A DNA stretch of 64,000 bases from Phoronis australis (lineage: Eukaryota > Animalia > Phoronida), in the NCBI GenBank assembly GCA_002633005.1, contig NMRA01000179.1:341954-405953 (forward strand). The letters are read 5' to 3'. The translations under genes and the position numbers were made by a program. Shown piece after piece: positions 39,290-52,162 of the stretch (within the stretch, counting starts at the first letter, position 1; every line of letters begins with the position of its first letter). The notes beneath the pieces were generated by a model that was not told the DNA's origin, searched no databases, and saw only the letters and a list, made by a program, of their open reading frames with translations.

Positions 39290-40343
39290 GCTAATGACAT
39301 GAAAGAACTATTGGTGAAGTAGACTTCGTCCTAGACGTAAATTTTTTGGTCGGATGTGTGCAGGCCACAACACACATTAAATGGAAACTTACAAATTGAA
39401 TGTATACCGTTTATGCACATATTTAGGCCCATGCTCCAAAATCCAAAGTACTGTCTTTCGAACATTGACATATATGTTGAAGCTTCCCTTCTATACATAG
39501 GCTGCTGTCTCTTATATTTCAGGCATAGGCAGCTGTTTCCCTCCCTTATATTACAGGCATGGACAAGTGCTCCATTTCTATGTGTCTGCAAAAATTGGGC
39601 ATTCACGGCATGATATTAAGAATAGTTGTATTTTAACAAAATTGTCGACGTAATTCAGCACTGGATGTTGTGCCCAATAAGTTTTATGAATTTCAAAACT
39701 AAGTATTTGAATTGCAGACGTGCTTTTGACTTGAAACATACAGAGATCAGACAGTTTCCTGTAAGTTACGACAGTTGGGCTTTATCAGCTGCTTGCATCA
39801 ACAAGTCAGAGCAACTGGGTTGTTAGAAATGAAATGCCACCAAAGAGTGTACTGACCTATGCATTACCGTTTTTCATCTTCTGATTCCTATGCAACATCA
39901 TAATTTTGCGATTCGCCAGATAGTGTTGTAAACATTTGACACAGAACTGGTAATGTTGTCCAAGACCTGTGAGTACTGAGTTTGGATTTTGTCACGTGAC
40001 TAGTTTAATTGACTTCCTGCAATGAGCATGAGAATTGTGTTATGCAGGGCATTAGTCACTTGAAGATCATTTAGTGGCTTTATTTCTTTTGACTTTATTG
40101 TTGATCCTGCCAAAGTCATGAAAGTTCTTGTCTTAACTTGTACCCAAATCTTCCTTAGAACCATTTAACCAGGAAATTTCTTACTTCAAGGACCAAAATT
40201 ACGCAAGTCTGAAATTGCTCGGAGCTAAAACTGAAGGTGAGCTAGCTACAGAGTAGGATTAAAATCGTAAATTTTGGGTTTTCTTCTTCAAAAATATATT
40301 CTTTTTTATCACATCCACTGAACAAAATTGTCACTGATAGCCA

Positions 40344-42630
40344 TTTTTATGCGCCCACATCTCTCTGGGCGTCAGGCGTCAGCAGCTTTATCTCCTAATC
40401 CCTTCTTAGGATCTTGATGAGATATGACATGTGTTTCTATGAAGCTGACGGCTGACGACGACAAATTTCAAACCTCTCCGACTACTGGTGTGCCCCCTAG
40501 TGGCAATTTTAGTTTTTTACGATTACCTCTGTATCTAGGGAGGTCCTCTACGGATTTTCATACAATTTGGCAGTTAGGCATCTATTAGTGAGATGATGCC
40601 ATCCTTCTGTTTGTGGATGGATTTGAGGTAGTTTGTACCACGTAGTGCCCATTTTTACAGTTTTCGAGTCTGTTTTTTTGCCATCCGCTGTTCTATCAAC
40701 CAAACTGCTCTATGGATGATTTTGAAAATTGGCTTATGTGTTCTTACTGTGAAGCACAGGCGCTTGGGTTTATCGCAAATGACATCACTCAATAAAACAT
40801 AAAGGTTGGACACTTACACTTTGCCAAGCCGAGGCTCCCAACTTCAACCGTCCAAAATCCAAATAAAATCTGCGTGCACCTCCCTCAGTCTGGTGTTGCA
40901 TAAACCTTCGAAGCCTTATCTTTCCTAGATCCCATTAACTGTATTCGTGAGAGGTGAATTGGCGATGGAATTTCTAAAACAATCTCAAAACTCTGAATTC
41001 AAGGAAAACATGGCGGATTTCAGTTGTGCTTCAACTTGTACGCCTGTCGTAGGTGAAACTTCGAGTTTGAGCAGGCAACCTATATTTCAAATTCAATAAT
41101 TCTAATCCAAAACTCAACTAATTGAGAATGTTAAAGTTAGTATTTTAATGATTATTTGTAACTTTATTCCACTGACGGCTCATTTTAGCCCTTAACTTAG
41201 AATTTTATTACATAAACTGGCGTATCTTGTTTCTCATCTTGACATCACGCACTTTTTTGATTGAAGCACAATACACACTCGGCCAGGAAACGCAGTCCGT
41301 GCAAGTATTACAATGTGTGTGGCCGACGAGTTAACTCAATGGTTTTGGCCAAAAGTAAAACCTTCATAAAAAATCACAGTACACAAAAAACTTCGCATAT
41401 CAATACAGTATCAGGATAATTTATATTTGACACAAATATGTGAGTAATTACATTTATTTGGCAATAAAGTGCTCTCTGCTTCTCATGATCAAGTAGTCGA
41501 TGGATTGACGGCGAAAGCCGAGCGAAATTAGACTTTTGGATTTAGCTCGGGAGCGTCTGTCAAAATCCGGATGTGCGAATACCGTCTGCCATGACATCAC
41601 GGAATTAGGTCCTTGAATTTGTGATTTTGGCATTCTTTTGGCATTTTTGTCGCCAAATTACCACTTGAAGGCAATTTGAAGAGATCGAATGAAAGAAAGT
41701 ATTCTAAGAGTTCTTCGATGCTAGTTTCGTGGAGTTCCATGCACATTTGAGTAGAAAATTCTGAGCAAACAGATTTCGAGTGTCCAACCTTTATGTTTTC
41801 TTATATATTATGAGTGATGTCATTTGCGATAAACCCAAGCGCCTGTGCTGTGAAGAAGGCAGCTGACGATGATTTTCCAACGACTTTGACTACTGTGGTG
41901 CCTCCTGGCGGCAGTTTTATTTGTTTTTGCGCTCGTGGCTGTATCCCCTACATGTAAATGCTCTACAGGATTGAATTTTGTTGGTGTATTTATATGAAGT
42001 TGACAACAGAGGATGATGACTTTCCGACGGATTGGGATACGGGTGTTCCCCCTCGTGGCAATTTTACCTTTTTATGTTTACCTCTGTATCTTAAATGGTC
42101 GTCAATGGATTTTTATAAAATTTGGCTGTTAGGCATCTATTAGTGAGATGACGCTATCATCCAGTTTTCGGCAAAATTCGAGGCTTTTTATGCCACCTTG
42201 TGGCCACTTTTACTGTTTTCTATTCTTTTTATTTGGCATCTGCCCCTCTGTCACCTAAACCACTCTAAGGATGGTTGTGGAAATTGGCATGTATGTTCCT
42301 AATGTGAATCCAAAGTCTGACGATGATTTTGCGATGGCTTTATGAAGTTGACAACGGACGACGACAACTTTGAGACGGATCTGACGGAATGCTGTGCCCC
42401 TAGTGGCAGTTTCATTTTTTCTGTTTTTCTGTTTCTATGAAGCTCCATTACGGATTTGTATGAAATAAATAACTTTCTATTAAACATGATGGCATGTTCC
42501 CGTTTTTGTATGGAGTTGACGTATTTTGCGCCATTTAGTGGCCATTTTTATGATACAAATAACACCCCTGGAAGCACACCATTTTCGGTGCATTCATGGG
42601 CACATTTCAACGCCCTGCGTTGCTCTTGTT
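40344..42630 (+). mobile_element. HINE-like element, copy C (interrupted by a nested DNA transposon)
   Basis: Starts tttttatgcgcccac, ends atgggcacat + hairpin caacgccctgcgttg + ctcttgtt. Confidence 0.75.
40755..41847. mobile_element. Non-autonomous TIR DNA transposon with 8-bp TSD (P- or hAT-like)
   Basis: Perfect 37-bp TIR cacaggcgcttgggtttatcgcaaatgacatcactca; TSD ctgtgaag at 40747-40754 and 41848-41855; no ORF. Confidence 0.93.
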
Positions 42631-44437
42631 CACTTAGGCCCCACATAATGTCAAACTGAAGATGGTCTAATATATAAACGCTTTTGAGTGTGGGTCTTTG
42701 ATAAAGTACAGTACGTAATTCTTCACCTATGCTACACAGATTCATCTCCCAAAGTGGTTGCTTTTCTGCCTTTCAAAGGCTACCTTTGCTGCAAATAAAG
42801 GAAACATTGCTATTGAATATACAACTGGTACAAGATATGTGTTAGAAATACACAGTAGACTAAAGACAATGTTCTTGATATTTATTTTCTGGAAAAATTT
42901 AACAAAACAAGATTTCATTTGTCAGGCCTATTGTGTCTGCTGAGTAAAATGCTCTGCAAGGACTACTGCTAACTTATCACATCTCACATTGTGTTCAGGT
43001 CATCCCACTTATCTTAGGTGCAGTCAAATGACCCATCTGTTAGACCCTTTGACCCTACTTAGATTGACTATCTGTTGCACAGTGTGTGGATAGATATGGT
43101 ATTTCAATGACATTGGTTAGATTGAAATACTTTCAATTTTGCTCGAACTGTGAGACAGTATCACATTCTCTTCAGTTCTGCATAAGGCTAACTTAAGTAT
43201 TAGACTTGCAGATCTCTCTTTACACTCATAGTAAACCATAAAGTGTGACCAGTTTGATGTTTGATGCTGTCAAGGGAGTTTGACACAGTTGTTTATGTGT
43301 CTTCAACTGAATTTCATCAATTTTGTGTACTACAAATCTGCAAAAAATGGTGGTCACTGAATTAGTTTTTTCTTCAGTTACAAATGCATAAACAAAGGCA
43401 ACTCTGGCAAAACAAATAATTTATTTGGGTCACTAGATAACCAGAAACTTTTGAAAATGGATTAGTTTCATTGTACATTGTCACTTTTATGTCAATAACT
43501 TTTAATTGTAATTATCTGGTTTATGATTTTCTGACATTTGCACATGCTTTATTTCAATGCCCATCATGTTTCAGCAGTAAGGTGCCCTGTTTTGTTTTTA
43601 TGTCATCATCCCCTCTGTCCGCTGTACCCTGGTGTACCTCTACAAACCATTGATGGAGGCTAGTTAAATTTTGCAGATGCATTTCTATCATGTATGGGAC
43701 AGCATATCTCAGTGAATTTTTTGACGAGTAACAATTTTTTGTTTTTGCCCCGTATCTTTGGAGTTACTTTACATATTTTCATGATGCATGGCAAGAAGGT
43801 CTCTATTAAAAATGATATCTTCCCATTTTCAGATGGGTTCAATGTATTGTACGCTACTTAGTGACCACTGTTATTAGTTTTTAGTCTGGCTTTTGACACC
43901 TGTCTCTCTGTCAGCAAAAGTTCATTATCAAAATTGGCATCATGTGGTCTTTCAGAGAAGTGCATGGCTCCTGATGATTTTTCAATTGGTGTGACTGTTG
44001 TGATGTCCTGTTGTGACAATTTTATTTTTTGCACGTGGCTCAATACACGTTCCTTGATCTATAGTCATGAAAATTATCTACAATATTTCAGTGCAATTTA
44101 ATATCACATTTGACCACTATGTCCGGTGCGTTAAAATGCACATGCAGTCTGCACTACTCATCTTCTTGCGGTATAATAGCGAAATAGTGAACGCAGAGTG
44201 TTATCATGACATAGCTCAATGGTTAAAGGGAAATCGGTTCAACGTGTACACATGCCTGTACATATAGTGTTTCGAAACCTCTCTTATGCTCTCTTTGTTC
44301 TAGGCTGACTACAGGTGTTACCGACAGGCGACATGTCTCTGTACAATACTAAGCACATTATTTTGGATCAATAAATGTTGATCTGTCATTTGTAATAATT
44401 GTTTGTTCTAATTTTTCGTTTTGCTTCAGATGTTGCC

Positions 44438-44558
44438 ATGGCTCATGGGTTTGTGAAGGCAACCTATCCATTCTCCACCAACGAGCCAGGGGAGATAAGT
44501 CTAGAGGTGGGCGATGTTGTTGAAGTTGTGTCAGTTGTGGATAGCAACTGGCTCAAGG
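44438..44558 (+). CDS. DNMBP: Dynamin-binding protein (Tuba), coding exon 1 (SH3-1)
   Basis: Acceptor at 44429, gccATGg; MAHGFVKATYPFSTNEPGEISLEVGDVVEVVSVVDSNWLKG; donor gtacgt. Confidence 0.88.
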
Positions 44559-45178
44559 GTACGTTATCTGAAATGGGTCATGTAACACTCCAGGTCTTGT
44601 TGTTGCCAAGGTCGCAGACTGGGCCTTACGTCTTATTCATGGTTGTTGTCAGATATTGCAATGTGTTTTTATTAAGACCAATATTAGGATAAGTTGTATC
44701 GAAGACCAAATTATTTTGTAAAAATCCAGCTTATTCTTCTAATGCATGTTGAGGCTCACTTAATAATTATAATATAAGTTGTTTGTGATGTCTCTGCATG
44801 TTTACATGCCAACAATTGTCCCACAATCTATTTGAAAAACAACATCAGTGGCAATAAGTCAATAAGTTTTACTCCTACATGAAATTCCCAGAATAACACC
44901 AAGTCAAAATTGCGAGTTTTCTATTTGTCAGAGGTTGTTGCTGAAAACAATGTAAACTTATCAAATGTTGCTTTGCGGCATTTACTCAGTATGAACCAAC
45001 TTTAAGCTAATAACAGACTCAAGCATTTTCTTAATCTTTGTTTCTGCTGAGAAATTTGACGAAAATTCACTTGTCCACCATATTGTGCTAACTAGGTGAA
45101 GAATTATTGTACAACAGTACTGAAGAACGCACTGCACAGTTTTAGTCATTGCGGAATTTTTCTAGGGTATGTTAAGTG

Positions 45179-45446
45179 CAGGGCTTGGAATTTTCCTCTT
45201 TTAAGAAGATTTCCTCTTTTTTGGTTTCGATTTCCTCTTATTTGATTTCCATTTTCTTCATATTTGTCTCTGTTTTAATCATTGTTTTGACTTAAGTTTA
45301 TTCAGTGTAAAAGCATTGTATTTCTGTAATCAGTTAAATTTTACAACTTACAAAAAATGTCTCTATCATACTAGCCTGTTTATTTATGGAACGATAAATC
45401 ACCTGGAAAAATTTTCTCTTTCTGACATTAGTCATTTCAAGTCTTG
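45179..45446. mobile_element. hAT-like MITE with 6-bp TSD
   Basis: cagggcttggaa...ttcaagtcttg flanked by taagtg on both sides; same left end as 60079. Confidence 0.65.
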
Positions 45447-45762
45447 TAAGTGTTTTAAGGCTTTAGACAGAAATTTGTTGTGACCTTCCCACTTCACAAT
45501 TCTGAAAATTTTTGACCAAATGGTTATGAGTGTATCACAGTCTAGAAATAATTTTTAGAAATTATGTTAACTTGCAGTTAGGTATTCCTCAGAGACTTTT
45601 GCTCGAGTGAGATTTAAATATTTTTCAGAAATAGTTGTCATAGAAGGTAAGACCAAATTTCATACTAAAATGAGCCACTTTTCATGAAAAAGGTTAGACG
45701 GATGCATGCAAGTGTACTGAACACTGAACAGAATGCTTCTACATTATCTATTGGTTTTGTAG

Positions 45763-45906
45763 GTAAGCTAGATGACAAAACAGGCAATTTTCCCGTAAAC
45801 TTCGTAGAGAAAGTTCAACTACCCTCTTTGTCAGCTGGCCAGAAGGTGTTTGCAGCTATCAAAGACTTCCCTGGTGATACACAAGGGGATCTGGGCTTCA
45901 AGAAAG
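45763..45906 (+). CDS. DNMBP: DNMBP coding exon 2 (SH3-1/SH3-2)
   Basis: GKLDDKTGNFPVNFVE...VFAAIKDFPGDTQGDLGFKKG; phase 1/1. Confidence 0.9.
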
Positions 45907-46582
45907 GTACATTACATGCCAAAGATTAATCGGGAAAAATTCCTTTTCTGTAACGGCCAGTCTTCATGATGGGAAATTCTGACTGATTTTTACTGAATGG
46001 GCATCATGTGACAGACAATAATTATCCTTTTTAATGAGTTTTGCAAGAACATTGTGTTGTAACCAATCAGTCCGCTGGCGCATTTGCAATTCAAAGAGTT
46101 TTTAGTCAAATCTCTGTTAGTTAATTGTTTAGTTACATTTTTGTGTTTAGAAAACTAGGAGACTAATTATGGGCCAGCTTCCGACAAACATTTCATTTCA
46201 AAATGTCGTCTACTTTAACAAAATGCACTCAGTCCACTCTAGACTGTGGTCCATTGTGTACTCAGTAGCAGAAGACCTGTAAGAATTAATACTGACTCGA
46301 CGTATGAAAATCTCTTATTAAAGTCCTATGTAGCATGTATCAGGTCTTGCCCAAGTTGCAAACTTCTAACTCCAAGGAATCAAGTCTGTGGGTCACGATT
46401 CCTTCTGTTTAACCCTTCATTCTATCCATGTTTTCATGAATATGTAGGTAGGAATGCAAACTCATTGAATTAAAAAAAATAGACTGAGTTGGCACTGCAT
46501 AAGGCTTTAAGATTTCTGCAGAGAATTAGAACCTTCTAAAGACGTTGCCTAATCTGGTTTAAACTCCTACGATAAATTTCAG

Positions 46583-46690
46583 GTGATGTAATTCATGGTC
46601 TTCACGCTGTAGACCAGAACTGGTGGAAGGGTAGACTGGGCCCTAATGAAGGAATATTTCCTATTATTTTAACCAAGGAACTTCCTTCTG
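46583..46690 (+). CDS. DNMBP: DNMBP coding exon 3 (SH3-2)
   Basis: GDVIHGLHAVDQNWWKGRLGPNEGIFP; tttcag and gtaagt borders. Confidence 0.9.
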
Positions 46691-47396
46691 GTAAGTACAT
46701 TAAAACTTCCATCAAAAAATGTCACTCACTATTGAAAAACTGGGACCTAGACTGCAAATAAGTTGGCTTGTTGCAGAGCTGAGCATTGGCTCAAGTTAAC
46801 TGACAGTTCTTTTCAAGCCCAAAATCACTTATACTGTGAGTAAGAAATAAGTTTTGTATACATACCATAATACACTAAACATGATTGTCCAGTTGTGACA
46901 CTTTAATAGACAGCAAATCCTAACTAAAATGTATTTTCTATCAGACAGGCTGGGGTACAGCACAGCTCGCATATTTTACTAACCAAACGGGACATCCTGA
47001 TGGCTAATGGATGGCTCACGATGGCTATCTTGACTGCTTAGCTGGGTAGTTGGTTGTTTTCCCTTGTCATACTTTAAAGACATCCAAGCAAGGCTACATA
47101 TTTGTGAACTGTTTTGCTTGTAATGCTTAGTTTGAAAGCAGACGTAAACCTGGCTGAATTAGACCTCTTAAACAGTATAAAATCCCTTTTCTTAGACTTC
47201 TTTCTTTGGATTCACATAATTATACAGTCGTATCTGATAGGAACAATTACTCTTGAGGTGCAAAAACGAAACTGCTGCTGATTATTTTATGTTTTTTTCT
47301 GTAATCTCCCTAGTAAGGGTTTGGTGCAAGAAGGTAATGTAAGATTAAGATTAATTGTCTTCTTGATTTCGAATAAACCTTTGGATTCTGTTTCAG

Positions 47397-48811
47397 TGGA
47401 AGCAAATGATGACACATCACATGCAAGCTCATCTCAACAACTTAGTACAGAGCTTTTCAAGGTGAAGGCCCTGGTGGACTGTAAAGCCCAATTAGACGAG
47501 GAACTCGGCTTCGTAGCTGGCGACATAATATGTGTAACAAAAGTACAGGACGATGGCTGGTACTATGGTCACTGTGGTGGTCAGCAGGGGATCTTCCTCC
47601 CAGATCTTACTGAGCCCCTTGGCGGTGCCCCTAGTGCACTGACAGTGGACGCTGGTCAGTCCAGGGGTAAATTAGAATCCACCCAAAGCAGTGCATTTCA
47701 GGCCAAACCGCCAACAGATGTCTCTGTTCAAGATCAGAATGGTGTTGGATATAGGGAAAAGAGCAGCAGCTTCACTAAGGAGAACACACGCTCAAGTATG
47801 AACTCTGTCGAGGATGGAGTGACACCTTATGGAAGGACGTTGTATCCATTCACCGCTGAGGCGAGCAATGAACTCAGTTTTCGCGAGAACGAAATCGTGA
47901 CGTTACTGTGTCATGTTGACCCATGCTGGCTAGAAGGAGAAATTGATGGCAGGGTAGGGTTGCTGCCAGCTAACTATGTTGATATTATTGTTGATTGTGC
48001 TTGGAGCCAGGAACAAATGATTGAAAATTCCCTCGGGGTCATTTCCGCCGAGTCTTATGCAAAAGAGGGATCTCGTGAGAGCTCAACAGAAGCAAGTGTT
48101 TCCGTATTGCCTGTGGTCAGTAGTGTTTCCCGTGATGATCATGTGGGACAAAGCAGTGCAGTTGATGAGGTGTATGCCTTAGTGCTGTACAACTATGAGC
48201 CAGTCAACGATGGTGAACTGCAGCTGTCGGAAGGCGACACGATAACAATACTCAGACAGGCAGATGAACACTGGTATGAGGCCCGTTTAGACTCGGGTCA
48301 GTTGGGCTACTGTCCGATCAGCTATGTGGAGGTAATCGGAGGTGGTCCATTGCCTCCGAGTTCCACTGCTAAAGTACATGATGATGTGGTTAGCAGTAAT
48401 GTTGAAAATACAATTCAAACTGAGTCGCATGAAAAAATGCATAGTGCTAAGGATGTCGAGTTTAAGGTTTCAAGTACTGTTCATCAAAATGTAGAAGAAA
48501 AAGATCACAGTACTTCAGATAGTCAGTCATCTGATGACTACGTTAGACAGAGACCTTCTTCGAGCATAATCACTAGTTCGCAAAAGCCGTTGCTCAGGCC
48601 GAAACCCAATGTGAAGCCAAAGCCATTGCTCAGTAATGCTGCATCAAGAATGTCAGCCCCTGTGGGTCATCAAGAGAGGCTTTCTGTGGAACTAGATGAC
48701 ATGATCAAAGCTGAGCTACATAAGGCTAATACAGAAGCTAACCAGAGGCTGAGGCCCTCTAGTGGGGAGATCACTGAAAACCCAACTAAAAGTGCAAAGG
48801 TGACATCACAG
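47397..48811 (+). CDS. DNMBP: DNMBP coding exon 4 (three SH3 domains and low-complexity linker)
   Basis: KVKALVDCKAQLDEELGF, PYGRTLYPFTAEASNELSFRENE, YALVLYNYEPVNDGELQLSEGD; 1415 nt, phase 1/0. Confidence 0.92.
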
Positions 48812-49620
48812 GTAGGGTTTCACAGTATGTAACGAGTCAGTGGTCTGAATTGAAAGTGCTGGTTTATTTGTGCTAGACAAATCACCATTTTCTTAGTGTG
48901 TAACGTTGTTAAATACCATATACTTGAGATAAGAACCCCCCACTTATAATATGAGCCCCTTTTTACACAAGAATTCCATGATTATCTATTTTTTGATTCT
49001 GACGCAGTTATAGACCTCTCTGATCTTTGAGAGCCTGAATTTAGGCATTAGGTGAAATATTGAAACTCAAAAGGTGCGCGAAATATGAATCATCAATGGA
49101 CAGGTTACGTAAGGTTGTCCTCAAATGGTTGGCCTCAGTCCATATCAGTTACACTGGTAGCAGCTAAATGTTATAATTGTTTGTGAGCATTTCAACAGGG
49201 TGTGTAGGACTCAGGTTTAAATCTAGCACAAGCTATAACTTTACTCCTCATGGGTCAATTTTGATGCTTCAAAAACAAAGTAATGTTAAGTTGTATTTAT
49301 TGTAAACAAACTATGTTTATTTGTTTACAATATATACAAATTCACCTTACATATTTAGGTAAAAAACTTTTTAGGTGTAGCCAGGCTAGGTTGATTTGTA
49401 ACGAGCAACCAAACGTGGCAGAGAGGATCTCCACACTCAGAATGACATTTTCACAACAGAAATCTGGGTAAAGTTGAGATGTGCGCAAGATCAAAAAAAT
49501 TTGACCTGCTACATCCACTGATTGGGTTTTGAAATTCAGCATATTCTCCTAATGGAAAGCCAATAATATTGATTGTGGTTTAGAGTCAAAAGTCTCCAGA
49601 TAACAGTTTTGTTGGTACAG

Positions 49621-49978
49621 GTTGGACAAGTGCAGCAGCTATCTGAACCTCTTTCTGACTACTCTGCTCTGAGAGAGGCCATCGACATGGACTCAGGGTT
49701 GGCAGCACCTAAGAGCCCCTCTCCCAAGAAGGGTCCCCCGCCTCGGCCTGTAGGACCACGTGCGACCGCTACCACACTCAAAGCGCCCTTAATACCTCTA
49801 CCGAGGAACGTTCCGAAGCCAGTTCCACAACGTGTGGCTCCGTCTAGGCCACAGCAATCAACACCACCTCCACGACCAATGCAGTCCCCTGTCAAACCGA
49901 CTTCCCCAACTGACAGGGGTATACCACCTCCTAGGCCAAGGCCCATCAGTCATCCAGTCCGACAGTCTTCCATTACAG
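49621..49978 (+). CDS. DNMBP: DNMBP coding exon 5 (proline-rich)
   Basis: PxxP-rich (GPPPRPVGPR, TPPPRP); tacag and gtactt borders, phase 0/1. Confidence 0.82.
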
Positions 49979-50796
49979 GTACTTGTTGTAAAGAATGTCT
50001 GGTATAATTAGACCACCTCTCGTCAATTTAGTTCTAGACATTGTTAAGGTCACGTAGGCCCCTATTAAAATGTCCAAATTTGGCGAACTTTGAAACATCA
50101 TATCTCAAACATGACTTCATATGAAGCTTGCACATACTAGGCTTTGATGCATCCAGGAAGCTGGAAATTTATTGTTTTAAATTAAAAAGTGTTCCACTTT
50201 TGCATGAGGAGCTATATAAAACAGGACTATTTTTGACGTGTAAAAATGTACATAGTTTATCAAATAAAGTTTTATCAAGACATGTTATTGATACTGTTGT
50301 TTTGCTATTAATGTACCTTTTTTGCTAAATTTTATGAAACGACATGGTCATGTGACCCAATTAATGACTGATTGGTAAAAAGTCAAAAATGAACTGATCT
50401 TACAGTCACGTTTTATTTTCAGGAAATATGTATTTTAAAAGGTTGAAATTATAATTCTGTAGGTATAAGGTTAATTGAGCAGACTTGTCAATGAAGTTCT
50501 ACATAATTTTGACATCATTTTTATAATGTGGGGATTCAGTTACTCAAAACTGATTTATTACCAACACCAGTTGATTTTTTGGTTTGATTTGACTAATGTG
50601 GCATCCCTGTTGGCCTTTTTAGTTTTCAACAAAATATTGGTTGTCTGTCAATTACTATATGTTGTGTTTACTGCAGCTAAGATACGTTGATGAATCTTTG
50701 TTATTTTGTGATCATTTTTGGAGGTCTATTTGGTCATGATTTTGCCTTGTTAAAATTGAATTTCCCAAATAACATTATCACTTCTTTCTGTTTCAG

Positions 50797-50873
50797 ATCC
50801 TGGTTTAGCTGATAATGAGGAATTAATCGCTGACCTCAAACGAAGGAAAACTGAAAAGCAACACGATATCGAG
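50797..50873 (+). CDS. DNMBP: DNMBP coding exon 6 (apparent GC donor)
   Basis: Strong acceptor; DPGLADNEELIADLKRRKTEKQHDIE; bridges phase 1 to phase 0 using GAG|gcatgt. Confidence 0.7.
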
Positions 50874-51408
50874 GCATGTTTTCATATAATATGACATAAT
50901 CTAGTTTCTCTAGTAAACAAGAGCGTTACTTCCAGAAAATATGATATGTTTGTTCATTTAAGGTTTCATTTTCATTGTCTGCAGTCTCTGAATGGTCGAT
51001 TAGGGTGTACACTGTTTTATCAGCTCTGGGTAGTCATGTTTCTGTTGTCTCTATCTAGCAATTCTTGACTCATCGCAGCGTTCTGTACAGTGTTCCGCAG
51101 GACGAGACAACTTGGAGAATTTGTTCATTACAGAAATTGGGAATGTGTACTCTGATACTAAACATGTTTCAATTTAAGGTCACTGTCACATATCAGAGTT
51201 GTCAAAGGTATGGTGAACATAATGATGGGAAAAAATTGGGAAAATTAGCTATTATATCACATTTTCAAAACTCAATATACTGTACAGTTTGATTGCAACA
51301 TACTTGTTGAAATTTCGTTTACAATAACCATTTAAGATTAATGATACATTGTAAATCATTCAAGTATAGCTTCAGTAAAATTTGATTGAATTTATGATTT
51401 TACTTCAG

Positions 51409-51553
51409 AATTGCAAGAAAGCTGAACAAGAGTTGAGGATTATGCTGGCCAACCCTTCTACAACTGAGGTTGAACGTGTGGAGATTGAGGAGAATATTGA
51501 GTTCTATGAGGCTAACATCAATGGACTCACTAATGAACTGAAACACATGAATG
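51409..51553 (+). CDS. DNMBP: DNMBP coding exon 7 (coiled coil)
   Basis: NCKKAEQELR...EIEENIEFYEANINGLTNELKHMN. Confidence 0.85.
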
Positions 51554-51950
51554 GTAAACGTGAATTTTCAATCGTGCAACTTGTATTTTGTAGTAATGAA
51601 CTCAAGCAATTGAATTGTAACTATGGCAAGAAACTTTTCATGTGTGTTGGCAGAGTCTGGCTGAGTTCTGTTGAAGTCTGTCTACTTTATTTTGAAAACT
51701 ATACGTCAGTATTTCTGATGATTGGACTTCCTTTGGATGTCAATAATTGGCATTTACATTTTCGGTAAATTAGCATTTTTATTATAATTCCATTGTCATA
51801 AAAATTTCATCCTCACGTGTCATGGATTCAAACCACAACAGGTGTGAGTCCAGTTCTTTTACTACTCAACCACTGAGCATTCAAGATGACAATATTCAAT
51901 GTGTAGTCAATGTCTCATTTTACCAACACAGTCTTTTGTTTCTGTTGTAG

Positions 51951-52162
51951 ACGAATTGCGCCATCTGCAGCCAGGCTACAGAGACACGGTGGAGGAACGT
52001 CTGCGTGAGGAAGCTATACAGAAACAGATGCAGCAGGAACTGGTCAAGAAACACATGGACACCAGGGAACGGGTCATTGCTGAATTACTGACCACAGAAC
52101 AACACTACCTGCGTGACATGCAGATGTGTTGGGACAGTTTCAAAGGAGACAGGGCTCTACAG
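51951..52162 (+). CDS. DNMBP: DNMBP coding exon 8 (start of RhoGEF/DH)
   Basis: RERVIAELLTTEQHYLRDMQMC is the DH domain CR1 motif. Confidence 0.93.

Noticed and set aside
49659-49946. Gly-rich minus-strand ORF
   Set aside because: Antisense shadow of the proline-rich DNMBP exon.
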